IMG/VR virus record: IMGVR_UViG_3300027754_000063 | Coordinates: 25,277 to 89,276 of that record | DNA: 64,000 nucleotides | Origin: a virus | Direction: 5' to 3' (one strand) | Shown here: piece by piece, positions 47,623-57,964 of the stretch | Numbering within the stretch: position 1 is the stretch's first letter | Layout of the letters: each line of letters starts with the position of its first letter | Notes under the pieces: model-generated | Databases searched by the model: none | What the model was told of the DNA's origin: nothing | Seen by the model: only the letters and a program-made list of their open reading frames with translations | Translations under genes and position numbers: made by a program

Positions 47623-50022
47623 TTAGAATATCGCATCGGCGTTTTCTGTAAAGCTTCCTGTTCTGTGTATTGAGAACTCAATAAACATGAATTCGACTGC
47701 ACGTGTTGGCTGCACGCCAATTTGTGCTCTAAATTCATTCCTGTCTATAACGTCTGGAGTATTTAGCTCCGCATCAGCCTTGACAAAGTAGTCTGTTAGT
47801 CCTCGTCCTCTTTTTACTTCTTCTAGTATGCCAACGCATATGGACACGAATGATTTTCGGAATATGTCGTCGTTTGGATCGAACAACAGTCCTCTGACAG
47901 CCACTCTAATTCTTTTTTCTAAGTAGAACATAAGCCGTCTAACGTTCACTCGGTCTAAAGCCGTAGGTCTACGCTGAAGTGTCTTTTGACCCCAAACTAA
48001 GAAGCCTTGTACGTCAACAAACTGCACAATAGGATTGATACAATTTCTGAATCCATACATCAAGTCTCTCTCGGCTAACGTGGGGCGATCATAAACATCC
48101 GTGATGCCAGGAACAATTCCACGATTTAAACCTGCTGGAGCAAACCAAGGCTTGCTAAGATAGTCACTTCTTGCAATTACAGCCAAGATTGAGCCGGATG
48201 GTGGAACCCAAACGTCTACGCGATTAAAGTTGTCTCTAATTTTCACCCAAGGCCAGTACATTGCACCAAAGTCTGAATCGAATCTGGTCAAGTTAAGTGG
48301 ATGGGAACCATTTTGCCACGCTACTATTTCTTTAACAGTTAATCCGAATGGAGGATCAACGATAGCCAAGCAATCCATTCGAACGTTTTGGCAGAAGTCT
48401 AGCATAGCGGTTACGACTGATGTACTAGCATGGCCAGGAACAGCGATCAAATCGATATCAATTTGTTCTGGCTCACTAAGTACATAGAGTCCGGTGCTTC
48501 CTACGGCAGATCCGATGAGCAGCTCATCTTGTAAATCTGGATCCGATGGAATACCGTCCGAACCACCAACAAGGTCATAAGTTCCAACAAGTGGCTGAGC
48601 TAAAACGTCTGTATTGTCTACAACTCGAATATAGTCAGACACTAAAGAAAGGTATGTTTCAACATAATATGAACTTTGATCATTCTTTGTTAGCATTCCC
48701 CATGCTTCAACTTGAACACCATTGTTATAAACTTCTAATATAAAGTGATTCTCACGAGCATCGTTTTTAACAACAACTTGCGTTTGATTTCCATCGATAC
48801 CAGCAGACTCAGCAGAAAGACTAAATGTAATTTCATCTGTTGTGTTTTCTGCTCCTGTTACAACACCAAAAGCTGCTGTACCTGCAACGTCATCGGATGC
48901 CCCCTCTGGGCTAAGTCCGTGACCAGTAAGTGTAGATAAACCAAAGAATTGTTCTCCAGTGCTTGATTTTCTAACTCTAATTCTAGCGTCCGCTCCAATG
49001 CTTAACGTTGAGAACACCAAAGAGTTTGCATCTTCTGAAGCTACCCAGCCACCAGGAAGTTCGCCGCCTTCTTCATATCTCAGTGCATTTATAGCAATCA
49101 CAATATCAGCAATAGCTGTAATCGGAGTGCCAGATAACTCTAACGCTGTGTTTAAATCTATTAGTTGTATAACACCATCAATTGTTACATTATCTGTTCC
49201 ATCTAATATTAAACTTAAATTCCAAGTTCCAGATGATGGTATTGTGTACACACCAGCCGATCCACCAGCAGGATATTTCGTAAGTGTTCCTGCTGCCTGA
49301 CCTGCTGTCATGCCAGTACCCAATCCAATAATTTGATATATATCATTTTGAACAGATACTATTTCAAGCGAAGAAGCTGGACCATAAGCCCATATTGCTC
49401 TGACGCCTATTTCACTCTCATCATCCGTCTCATCGAGAAGATAAAACTCTATGCCATCATTTTCTGCATCTAGTTGTAAATTCAATTCGTCTATAACTTC
49501 TTGTGATGTTTTGTCTGTTACACTCGATTCAACCATAAGAGTTTTTGGATTTAGTATGCCATTGAGCTTGTATCGAAAGAAGTATGCTTCTACCTCTATT
49601 GAGGCATCTACATAAGGATTTGGGTCAAAAGTATGTGAAGTACCAGTTATGGCGGATTCCAGTTTTGCTACGGTTCCGGCTGCTGGAACATCAACAGCAG
49701 CTATTTCTGCCTGCTCATCACTAACAGGATCTTCGTCGCCAACTCTCACAACAAAAAGTTCGTTTGCAACTAAAAGATACTGCTGTGCAGCATATATGAG
49801 GTACGGATCACCCACATCTGGGTGTGGATTACCGAATACAGTTGTAAGTTGTCTGGATGTATTGATTAGTATCGGAAGATTGAAAGGACCTTTAGATGCA
49901 AATCCAATCAAGCCAGCACGATGAAAACTTTGTTCGGCTGGTACAAAACTTAAATCTTTTTCTGCTATTCTTATGCTTGGGCTTATTGTATTGGAAGGTG
50001 GAAAACCTCTTAAAATCGCCAT
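47623..50022 (-). CDS. gp18: Contractile tail sheath protein (T4 gp18-like)
   Basis: SPSIRIAEKD, GFASKGP, YWPWV, WFAPAGLNRG, INPI, WGQKTL, DRVNVRRL, DRNEF, EFMFIEF. Confidence 0.96.
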   Translation of the reverse strand: MAILRGFPPSNTISPSIRIAEKDLSFVPAEQSFHRAGLIGFASKGPFNLPILINTSRQLTTVFGNPHPDVGDPYLIYAAQQYLLVANELFVVRVGDEDPVSDEQAEIAAVDVPAAGTVAKLESAITGTSHTFDPNPYVDASIEVEAYFFRYKLNGILNPKTLMVESSVTDKTSQEVIDELNLQLDAENDGIEFYLLDETDDESEIGVRAIWAYGPASSLEIVSVQNDIYQIIGLGTGMTAGQAAGTLTKYPAGGSAGVYTIPSSGTWNLSLILDGTDNVTIDGVIQLIDLNTALELSGTPITAIADIVIAINALRYEEGGELPGGWVASEDANSLVFSTLSIGADARIRVRKSSTGEQFFGLSTLTGHGLSPEGASDDVAGTAAFGVVTGAENTTDEITFSLSAESAGIDGNQTQVVVKNDARENHFILEVYNNGVQVEAWGMLTKNDQSSYYVETYLSLVSDYIRVVDNTDVLAQPLVGTYDLVGGSDGIPSDPDLQDELLIGSAVGSTGLYVLSEPEQIDIDLIAVPGHASTSVVTAMLDFCQNVRMDCLAIVDPPFGLTVKEIVAWQNGSHPLNLTRFDSDFGAMYWPWVKIRDNFNRVDVWVPPSGSILAVIARSDYLSKPWFAPAGLNRGIVPGITDVYDRPTLAERDLMYGFRNCINPIVQFVDVQGFLVWGQKTLQRRPTALDRVNVRRLMFYLEKRIRVAVRGLLFDPNDDIFRKSFVSICVGILEEVKRGRGLTDYFVKADAELNTPDVIDRNEFRAQIGVQPTRAVEFMFIEFSIHRTGSFTENADAIF

Positions 50023-50025
50023 AGT

Positions 50026-50244
50026 CTATTCTCCCTTGTTTACGTTTGTTGTGTTTCTTATGGAAATCAATCCATTTTTCTCTGCTCTATCTATGTATTC
50101 TGTTGTTCTTTCTTCATCCAGAAGAAAAATATTTTTTCCGGATCCAATTCCTGGTATGTTTAGCGTCGTAAAAGAGTGTGGTGCTCTTCTAGATTTTACA
50201 ACTAATTGTACTGGGAATTTATTTCTATTTCTTATTTCTAACAA
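50026..50244 (-). CDS. Small hypothetical protein in the tail operon
   Basis: Between the gp15-like gene and sheath; ends in the sheath RBS (AAGGGAG). Confidence 0.7.
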   Translation of the reverse strand: MLEIRNRNKFPVQLVVKSRRAPHSFTTLNIPGIGSGKNIFLLDEERTTEYIDRAEKNGLISIRNTTNVNKGE

Positions 50245-51221
50245 TCTAACTCCTCCACGGCTTCTTCTATTTGGGTAAGTACTTCGTTTATCTGACTTTC
50301 TTGTGTAACATTTATAACATCAACTCTTGCCTTAAGTACTGCTTTCTTTCTTGTTATTGGTTGTGATATATAGGACTTTGCCAACACATTAAATTCATAT
50401 TTAATTACTTTAATTGCACTATCTCCGGGCTCTTGGTCTATGTTGTTGGCAATGCTTTCTATTGTTACAATTATTTCCCAAGGTATTCCAGTTACTTTTA
50501 TATATGCAGCTAAACTAAATTTTGTTAAAATTTGTTCAATAATTTGATTCATATCTTCTTTGTACATTGTCCAAGCTGTAATTGTATATCCTATATTGAT
50601 AGGTATTCCCTTAGAAATGCCGAAAATCGTATCTCTTTGGTACTTTTCTTTTATAGCATATCCAGGCTTTCCATCGTCTGGGCGGCTAAAATAATTGAGA
50701 GCTTGATGATACGTATATCGATCCACATCATAGTCGATGCTGGTTTGTGTGATTGCCATCATAGGTAATTTTATTCGATCAACTACGAGAGTTTCATCTT
50801 TTCTAACATTATCTTGTATAATAGCTGCGACGGCTTTTTCAGGTGTTCCTAGAATAACTGGTATAGGCCATGCTTTTCCATCTTCGTCAATTACAACAAC
50901 ATCTCGAAACATATCAAGAATGGCTTCATCTGTTCCTCTTATTGATTTTGAGTATCTGTAGATTACTGTTCTGTCTGGATTTTCTAAGTCATTTACAATG
51001 TGCCCGCGCGTAATAGGATCACAGTCCACTTTAGAACCAAACCCTGTTTTTTTCATCGTTTGATCTTTTAGCCAGTTTAAAGTAGAGTCATTTGGTTCAC
51101 GAAGGCTATCGGACTTATCTGTAGAGCAATATGCTGCGGAGTCTAGATTCACATTTCCTTGTGGTCCTTTTTCGTTACACTCCACATAGTTTTTTTGATT
51201 ATGATTTGGGTTGCTTGTCAT
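50238..51221 (-). CDS. Tail completion/terminator protein (T4 gp15-like)
   Basis: IPVILGTPEK, IKLPMMAI, PINIGY, DMNQIIEQILTKF; upstream of sheath. Confidence 0.8.
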   Translation of the reverse strand: MTSNPNHNQKNYVECNEKGPQGNVNLDSAAYCSTDKSDSLREPNDSTLNWLKDQTMKKTGFGSKVDCDPITRGHIVNDLENPDRTVIYRYSKSIRGTDEAILDMFRDVVVIDEDGKAWPIPVILGTPEKAVAAIIQDNVRKDETLVVDRIKLPMMAITQTSIDYDVDRYTYHQALNYFSRPDDGKPGYAIKEKYQRDTIFGISKGIPINIGYTITAWTMYKEDMNQIIEQILTKFSLAAYIKVTGIPWEIIVTIESIANNIDQEPGDSAIKVIKYEFNVLAKSYISQPITRKKAVLKARVDVINVTQESQINEVLTQIEEAVEELDC

Positions 51222-51251
51222 TTTTTTCTCTCTACATATGTAGTAATATTT

Positions 51252-51839
51252 TTAAAAATCAAAAGACGGCTGATTTTGTGACGGCACAGATTTTAATATC
51301 CATCCACCAACTTTCTGTTCCTTATCTTGTACTTTCCACCATCTTTTGTCTCCATTCTTTGGATATAAAATAGATCCTTCTCCAAAACTAGAGTCTGTCC
51401 ACAGCTCCATAAATAAATCGTTTTGCGTAAGAATTACTGCTTCAAAAGAAGTTGGTTTTTCATATTGAATTGTTTTATAAACATCTCCGTAAAGATCATC
51501 CTTTTTCTCTCGAATGATAGCAGGAAGACAATAAATGAATGTTTTTTCTATTGATGGCTTTAATTCTTGTTCTTTTTTATTTACTTTTATATTTTCTTTT
51601 TTAAATTCATTCTCATTTATTTTTGATGAATCTAATTCATCCAAAAAAATAGCACCTTGATTTTTTTCTTGTAATTCAAAATCTGATCCCATTGGCATGA
51701 CCATTGTTCCATCTTCTTTGAATTCTGGTTTCCAAGTCATATTGTGGACAGAGAAGGCAGACCAAATATTTTGCTCTTTCATCGCAGGATTAGGTGCTAT
51801 AAGTTTATAAACCGATCCATCTTTGTGGTAGAGCGTCAT
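51252..51839 (-). CDS. Hypothetical protein, possible neck component
   Basis: MTLYHKDGSVYKL start resembles MALLNSDGTPYKL of 52736; DDLYGD motif. Confidence 0.65.
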   Translation of the reverse strand: MTLYHKDGSVYKLIAPNPAMKEQNIWSAFSVHNMTWKPEFKEDGTMVMPMGSDFELQEKNQGAIFLDELDSSKINENEFKKENIKVNKKEQELKPSIEKTFIYCLPAIIREKKDDLYGDVYKTIQYEKPTSFEAVILTQNDLFMELWTDSSFGEGSILYPKNGDKRWWKVQDKEQKVGGWILKSVPSQNQPSFDF

Positions 51840-51937
51840 GTGTCTTTTCGAAATTATTTAATTTTTTCCAAAAAATGTTGGGCTGAATATATATTAGAAG
51901 AAGACATAATAATTTAAAAAAATATACAAAGGGAAAT

Positions 51938-52732
51938 ATGGTTTTAGTTGTACCTGACAGTGCAGATGTTTTAATGTTAAAATTCATTTTAAACAACATT
52001 ACAACCACTGGATCTGCTCCTGTATCTGGTGGAGATAGAAGATTAAGATTGTTTACCAATGATATAATACCATATAAGTCTACTATATTGGGCGATCTCG
52101 TTGAAGCAAGCAACACAGGATACGCAGCTATACCTTTGGTTGGCACGAGTTGGGTGGTTTCCACAACAGATGCCCCTCATATTATATCATGTGGAAATCT
52201 ACAACGAACTAGCCATTTAGTTCAAAACGAGGTTTCTAATGTTGATGTTGGAGCGGTTGAACCATTACCAGCAACTTATTACTCTGTATATACTCATTCT
52301 GATAATATTCCAATTTTAGAAGGAACAATTAGCGGGACAGTTTACAGTGCATCTGTAGCCATACAAACTTTTGTTGTTTCTTGTGCTGGAGTCTTTACAT
52401 TCACAGACATTGGATCTCCAGCCGTAAAATGTAAAACTTCTGGATCAAGTGTAAACAATGTCACAGGAGTTATTACTTTGGCGTGGATTGGAATGCCAGC
52501 CGCTAATTATATCACGTTCAATTATGAATATGATGCGTGTCATAAGAAGACAACAGCTTCTTATTCTATTCAAACCTTTTCTATGACCCAAGCTGCCGAT
52601 GTATATGGTTATTATATAACTAATGTAGGCGGAACGCAACTTTTGTGGGCAGAGAGATTTCCGCATGCACCATTTATCATACCGAATTGGGGTGGAAATA
52701 TAACAGTCACATTAAACTTTACATTGGATTGA
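51938..52732 (+). CDS. Virion protein containing an inserted copy of the major-capsid insertion domain
   Basis: LRLFTND...VYGYY...LLWAERF frame interrupted by ~107 aa matching the capsid protein. Confidence 0.8.
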   Translation: MVLVVPDSADVLMLKFILNNITTTGSAPVSGGDRRLRLFTNDIIPYKSTILGDLVEASNTGYAAIPLVGTSWVVSTTDAPHIISCGNLQRTSHLVQNEVSNVDVGAVEPLPATYYSVYTHSDNIPILEGTISGTVYSASVAIQTFVVSCAGVFTFTDIGSPAVKCKTSGSSVNNVTGVITLAWIGMPAANYITFNYEYDACHKKTTASYSIQTFSMTQAADVYGYYITNVGGTQLLWAERFPHAPFIIPNWGGNITVTLNFTLD

Positions 52733-52735
52733 AAT

Positions 52736-53278
52736 ATGGCATTATTAAATTCTGATGGTACTCCATACAAACTTCAAGGTAGCGTACAGCAGTTTGATCC
52801 AAATAATCCAATGTTTGACCTTTTTAATCTGTGGGATCAAGAATCAATAAAAAGAGGTGGATCACCAATATTTTATTATGAAGTTATAATACGACCAGAT
52901 ATGATTGACCCGATATATTTGGAAGCAAGAAACAAGTTGTTTTCAAACAATCCGATACAGTTTTGGTGCAATTATGAGCCAATTTCTTCGCAAAATGTTT
53001 TAAATCAATTTGGAATAGATGCACCGGATGAAATGCGGTTTGAATTAAACTATAGGTCTGTTTTGAAAGGTCTGGGTCATCCTCCGAAAATAGGATCTAG
53101 ACTTTTTACTCCGCACCTTCAAGAGAATTGGGTTATTGTTCAAAGAAATTTAAGTGAATTTAAAATGTGGGGAGTTCTTAGAGTTGAATTAATCTGTCAA
53201 AGATTCCAAGAAGATGTTGTGACAGGGGATGGAAAAGTTACTCAGAAACAACCAGATCTAAAAATTAAAATAATATAA
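52736..53278 (+). CDS. Neck/head-closure protein (T4 gp14-like)
   Basis: ESIKRGG.PIFYY, DPIYLE, QFGID, PKIGSRL pattern. Confidence 0.7.
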   Translation: MALLNSDGTPYKLQGSVQQFDPNNPMFDLFNLWDQESIKRGGSPIFYYEVIIRPDMIDPIYLEARNKLFSNNPIQFWCNYEPISSQNVLNQFGIDAPDEMRFELNYRSVLKGLGHPPKIGSRLFTPHLQENWVIVQRNLSEFKMWGVLRVELICQRFQEDVVTGDGKVTQKQPDLKIKII

Positions 53279-53281
53279 ATA

Positions 53282-53443
53282 TTACAAAATTTCAATTTGA
53301 TATATTTCGTGATTCATATTAATTATTTTATGTACTTTTTTAAAAAAACATAATGGAATAGAAGGCTTCTTAAAAGATCCAATTGCTTTTGCTAAAAAAA
53401 CATGTGTTCTAGTGTCTCTTTTTTTTATCTTAAAAGCCTTCAT
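53282..53443 (-). CDS. Possible small basic protein
   Basis: 53-aa ORF with ATGA overlap to the upstream gene. Confidence 0.4.
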   Translation of the reverse strand: MKAFKIKKRDTRTHVFLAKAIGSFKKPSIPLCFFKKVHKIINMNHEIYQIEIL

Positions 53444-54270
53444 TTTTTTTCTTTATTTTTTTTCTTTATTTTTAACTTACATTTGTAAAGAACTGTCGGT
53501 TTCTTTTTTTTCTGTATATCGTTTAAAAAATTTTTCATTCCGTCATAACCACTTTTACCTACAATAGTAGAAAGTTGTTTGTATTTGTCACTAAACTTAT
53601 TACCTGAGTTATCTTTCCACTGATTTTTGGCAACCTTATTAAGATTACTTTCTAGTGTGTTATCTAATGTTGTTCTTTCTACTTTTTCTTCATGTGTCAT
53701 TTCTTCGATATCGTATGAAACTTTTCTTGGAATTACTAAAGCCTGTCCATACGGCTCTGCTTTTCTAAAAATTATTTCTTGATTTACTTTGGGAGCCTTA
53801 AAAACTACAAAAAATATTTTTGGCCACCAGTTCGTTTGTATGTGTCCAGGAAGACAACAAGGAACAGTTCCAGAGCAATCTGTGTAAAATCTTGGATGCG
53901 GCTCAGTTCTTAAAACATAGCCTTCTGGCACCTTTATATCTAATGATGATGTCATACCAAAGTAACCAGATGCAAAAGCCACAAATGGAGGCAATTTGAT
54001 GTCTGGGCACTGTTTATTTTCTTCTTCAAAATCGCCATCAAATACAATCGATCCGTTTATATTTCTAACGTGACATTCTGTGTCAAAAGGATAACATAAT
54101 TCAATTCCATAAGTAGATCCTTCAACAAAAGGAGGACAATGCCATGGTTGAGGTTCTGATCCATTACTATGACTATTGGGATTTCCAGCCCATCCTGGTA
54201 TGTCAAGTTTTATCTGTTTTGGTACCCCACCTTTAAACCACGACCTATATTTTATTTTTATAATTTCCAT
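53440..54270 (-). CDS. Hypothetical protein (DUF6065-like, dUTPase-like beta fold)
   Basis: HCPPF...YGIEL, GHIQTNWWP, FRKAEPYGQALVIPR. Confidence 0.6.
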   Translation of the reverse strand: MEIIKIKYRSWFKGGVPKQIKLDIPGWAGNPNSHSNGSEPQPWHCPPFVEGSTYGIELCYPFDTECHVRNINGSIVFDGDFEEENKQCPDIKLPPFVAFASGYFGMTSSLDIKVPEGYVLRTEPHPRFYTDCSGTVPCCLPGHIQTNWWPKIFFVVFKAPKVNQEIIFRKAEPYGQALVIPRKVSYDIEEMTHEEKVERTTLDNTLESNLNKVAKNQWKDNSGNKFSDKYKQLSTIVGKSGYDGMKNFLNDIQKKKKPTVLYKCKLKIKKKNKEKK

Positions 54271-54365
54271 TTTAAAAGCATTCCTGTGAAACCATGCTTC
54301 GTCATTTACAATTCTTGATTATATTGTATTTGATTTGGCGGGTCAACTGTTTGGCTACAGATAGC

Positions 54366-54635
54366 CTATGTGCGAGTCTTTTCGGCAACAATAGTTGCCG
54401 TAAGTCCAAGTTGAGTTAATTGTTCTTTATGATCTTGCACCGACTTCATGTAAGCTGTTTCGTAAACATCTGTAACCAGAGTAAAGAAGCTTTTCATGTC
54501 GCTCTCATTCGCAAGCATTGTTCCAAGTCGATCTATAATTTGCTCGTTTTTATAATATTTTTCTTTTATCAATTCAAACATTACTTTTTTTATATAGTTG
54601 CCATTCAAGTTGTTGAATTGATTCATCCAGTTCAT
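54366..54635 (-). CDS. Hypothetical protein
   Basis: 89-aa ORF within the minus-strand operon. Confidence 0.65.
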   Translation of the reverse strand: MNWMNQFNNLNGNYIKKVMFELIKEKYYKNEQIIDRLGTMLANESDMKSFFTLVTDVYETAYMKSVQDHKEQLTQLGLTATIVAEKTRT

Positions 54636-54639
54636 TGTT

Positions 54640-55497
54640 TTACATTTCTGTTTGTTTTTTTACAATTTCGATAGCTTTTTTTATTTTTAATTCTTCTTCT
54701 TTTCCTATAATTTCACGCTCCAACATTCGTTTTAGATGTGATATTAGATTAGATCCAGTTTCTTCTATTTCTATTTCTTTTTTATGATGGAAAAATTTTC
54801 TGAAATTAAAGTCAGGAGAAATTATTTTATTTATAAGGGATAGTTCATTTTCTGAGTGTTTTGTAGTTTCTTCTGGTGCAGTTTTTGTAGGTTCTTCTGG
54901 TGCAGTTTGTTCGGGTTCAGTTTTAATAGTTTTTTCTGATGCAGGTTGTTTTGCTTTTCTTGGAACAGCACGGAAACGTTTTTCCGTTTTTGTTGGTGTC
55001 GGAGTCTGTTCTACCGAAGGACCGATATCCTCTACATCTTTTGATGTTATAATATCATATAAATTCATTTTTAGTTTTTCGGCGGATGATTTAATTAGTT
55101 GAACAATTCTTAATTTTTCTGCTCCTTGTGGAACATCTTCATTTAGCTGATTTAACTGATCCTCTATTTTTTTTACTATTGATCTTATCTCATAATATTG
55201 TTTTAGATTTAAAAAAGAGGGATTAAAAGATTCTTGTGCACCCAACTCATCGCCAAATCTATTTTTCCAATAATAAGGATTATTAGTGTTTGTTCTTCCT
55301 CCGTGCCATATATTAGATACAGACCCTTTGAATCGATCCCAAAGTCCACGTTTTAGAGCTGGGTTCATCGGCTCACTAACTAAACTTCTAATAAGATCAG
55401 AAACCCAAGAATCTACTGCTGCACTAATTTCATTAGAAAGCTCTTTTCCATTATGTTCTTCTCTAAATTTTTTAAGAATTTCATTGTTCGCTAACAT
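54640..55497 (-). CDS. Hypothetical protein with TAPEE repeats
   Basis: 285 aa; 24-nt duplication near 54862-54908; LNE sites. Confidence 0.7.
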   Translation of the reverse strand: MLANNEILKKFREEHNGKELSNEISAAVDSWVSDLIRSLVSEPMNPALKRGLWDRFKGSVSNIWHGGRTNTNNPYYWKNRFGDELGAQESFNPSFLNLKQYYEIRSIVKKIEDQLNQLNEDVPQGAEKLRIVQLIKSSAEKLKMNLYDIITSKDVEDIGPSVEQTPTPTKTEKRFRAVPRKAKQPASEKTIKTEPEQTAPEEPTKTAPEETTKHSENELSLINKIISPDFNFRKFFHHKKEIEIEETGSNLISHLKRMLEREIIGKEEELKIKKAIEIVKKQTEM

Positions 55498-55942
55498 ATT
55501 CTCCTATCTTCTTTAGTGACATTAAGCAGGAATCAAAACAGTGAAAATCACTGGAGATATAATCTAGAGCTAAGTCATTAAATTTATCGTTATGATCGGA
55601 TGATTCTTCTACTTCAAAATAAATAGATTTGTTCTTTTTGCCTAGCACTCTGTATTTATGCATAAGAACATAGGCAGCGGCTCCTAGGTCTGTGACAAAT
55701 CGATTGCCCTTAGAATCAAAGTTATACTCTCCTATTTTTTTAAGTGACATGATACAAGAATCAAATCTATGGAATTCGCTTGAAAGGTAGTCTAGCGTTA
55801 ATTGATCAAACAATTCAGCAGTGTGCTTTTCGTCTATTAAGAAGTAAATATCTCTTCCTTTTCTCCCAATAACACGAAATTTTTGCATTAAAATATAAGC
55901 TGCTGCTCCTAAGTCTCCAATAGTTTTATAGTTTTTTTTCAT
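55481..55942 (-). CDS. Tandem-domain protein (two DUF5659-like units)
   Basis: Internal duplication DLGAAAY.LM...LDY.SS.FH.FDSC.MSLKKIGEY x2. Confidence 0.75.
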   Translation of the reverse strand: MKKNYKTIGDLGAAAYILMQKFRVIGRKGRDIYFLIDEKHTAELFDQLTLDYLSSEFHRFDSCIMSLKKIGEYNFDSKGNRFVTDLGAAAYVLMHKYRVLGKKNKSIYFEVEESSDHNDKFNDLALDYISSDFHCFDSCLMSLKKIGEYVSEQ

Positions 55943-55957
55943 TTTTTATTTTTGTTT

Positions 55958-56962
55958 TTACTTTACGGCTTCAGCAGCTATTAGACACCCTCTTGCCACA
56001 GAATACAAGGGGTCTTCTGGTTTTATTATTGAGCCAATTTTTATAGGTAGCTGTGTTTGTTCAATTACATCTTTAAATAATTCTGTAAATCCGTTTGGAG
56101 AAGAAGTACCACCAGCAATTACTATATCAATAGGAGCATCGGATCTAACTGTTTTAGAAATATCTGCAAAACCTTTTTTAATGCCACCAACGGTGTGCTC
56201 TATCATTAGTTTATATTGTGTACTTATTGCTCTTTGAATAAGATTCGTTGGAGGAACAGTAAGATCTATTTTTGTTTTTTCAATATTTATGTAAGCAATT
56301 GTCTCACCAGTTGCTTTTGCAGCCTGTTTGTCTATCCAATCTCCTGAGTTAACAATAGAAAAAGCAAACACTGGGTTGCCATACATAGCATAACAAACGT
56401 TCACCATTCCGCTTCCAAATGAGATTCCGATGCCAGTAAATGCTTTTCCTCCTAATTCCGCATACACTAAAGCTAAAGCCTCGTTAATTGGGTGTGCATC
56501 AACACGATATCCAGTTTCACTCTTATAAGCTTTAAATATTGCTTCTAGTATTCTTTGGTGATAGTCAGCATCAGTATCTTGGTTTATTGCATTTGCTGGA
56601 ATACAGTAATAAAGAATCTCTCCATCTTTTTTAACATTGTTAATCAAACTGTGAATCATAATAGAAAGTATTTGAAAAGCATCTTTTTCTTTTGGGTTTA
56701 CACACCCGTGAATCATTGGGCGTTTTAGTTCTACTTGGCTCATCGTATACGCCATGTTCACGGATGCTTCTCCTAAAGCATATGCAATATTGTCCCGTTC
56801 TATCAGTGGCACTCCAGCACTCTTCATCATGTTAAAAACGAATCTGTTTTCAAGTGGAATTTCTAGAAATGCATTCACTTCTCTTTTATAAGAGAATTCC
56901 CCTTTGCTTGTTCTATTGCAACACACTAAATTATATGTACCAGCGTCAAATCCTACTGCCAT
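55958..56962 (-). CDS. Actin-like ATPase (MreB/MamK/ParM superfamily)
   Basis: Phosphate-1 GFDAGTYN, connect-1 INEALA, phosphate-2 ISFGSGMVN, adenosine IAGGTS, connect-2 PLYSVARG. Confidence 0.9.
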   Translation of the reverse strand: MAVGFDAGTYNLVCCNRTSKGEFSYKREVNAFLEIPLENRFVFNMMKSAGVPLIERDNIAYALGEASVNMAYTMSQVELKRPMIHGCVNPKEKDAFQILSIMIHSLINNVKKDGEILYYCIPANAINQDTDADYHQRILEAIFKAYKSETGYRVDAHPINEALALVYAELGGKAFTGIGISFGSGMVNVCYAMYGNPVFAFSIVNSGDWIDKQAAKATGETIAYINIEKTKIDLTVPPTNLIQRAISTQYKLMIEHTVGGIKKGFADISKTVRSDAPIDIVIAGGTSSPNGFTELFKDVIEQTQLPIKIGSIIKPEDPLYSVARGCLIAAEAVK

Positions 56963-57027
56963 TGTGTTTTATCCTTTACTTTGTACTTCTACTACTAATG
57001 CCGTACTTCATTATAACTATACACTTG

Positions 57028-57261
57028 TTATTTTCCAAATTCTATTTTAGATCCTTCTTCAAAACTTGGTATTTCCCAAGCAAAATCTTCTTCTTTTTTA
57101 ATTTTTTTCTCTAATTCTGTTTCTATTGATTTTCTTTCTATACCTTGTGATAACAAACCTTCTGTATTCATATTGATATTGATATCTAACGTCAGCGATA
57201 CCTGTATTTCGCCTTCTTTTGTTATTATTTTTACATTTCCTGGTTTAATTAAAGACGCCAC
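57028..57261 (-). CDS. Small hypothetical protein
   Basis: GTG start after AGGTGG; upstream of the actin-like gene. Confidence 0.65.
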   Translation of the reverse strand: MASLIKPGNVKIITKEGEIQVSLTLDININMNTEGLLSQGIERKSIETELEKKIKKEEDFAWEIPSFEEGSKIEFGK

Positions 57262-57358
57262 AATACCACCTTTAAATTATAAAGTTGTTCATTCTATTTA
57301 GTGGAATATGTGCTTTTTTTAAACTAAAAACTTTCGCAAAAACAGCATATATCCATAA

Positions 57359-57940
57359 TTAGCTTGTAGGAACACTTCGGACAGAAATGATTGTTTGAAC
57401 GGATGAACTGCTACCACTGCTATTGCTTAATTCAAGCTTGGTAATTGTTATATCTCCATAATTAAAAACTTGAGTATTACCACTTTCCAAAGAAAAAACA
57501 GCGTTTGCTATACCATTAATTCTAATTGAAACATCTCCGGTGCCTATATTGTGGATTTGAACAAATTGAGCAGGACCGCCGTTGTCGCCAAGTATATCAA
57601 TAAGATTATCATCATAAGTTGAATCATCATCAACAGTTAAGGAATATACTCTTGGAAAATTGTTTTCCTCAGGTATATCACTGTATACAGAGCCATCATC
57701 AGTTACTACTGCTATAAATGCGTCTTGTTGAGATACTTGTGGATAAGAAAAGCGTTTCCAGTAATTGCAGTCTGTGAATGTCTCTCCATCTTTTAAATTT
57801 CGATAAATTCTTCCTGGCCCTGACACATATATCGTTCTTTGCACAGAAGGATCCATTTGAGCGTATGGCGATAAAACAGAAGGGTTTAAATCCAAACTAC
57901 CTTGGCTTACGTTATTTAGAACTACTCGGAATACACTCAT
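57359..57940 (-). CDS. Hypothetical virion-type protein
   Basis: Beta-rich composition; preceded by a TATATA motif. Confidence 0.7.
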   Translation of the reverse strand: MSVFRVVLNNVSQGSLDLNPSVLSPYAQMDPSVQRTIYVSGPGRIYRNLKDGETFTDCNYWKRFSYPQVSQQDAFIAVVTDDGSVYSDIPEENNFPRVYSLTVDDDSTYDDNLIDILGDNGGPAQFVQIHNIGTGDVSIRINGIANAVFSLESGNTQVFNYGDITITKLELSNSSGSSSSVQTIISVRSVPTS

Positions 57941-57964
57941 TTGTTACTTTCTATTATGCAAATA

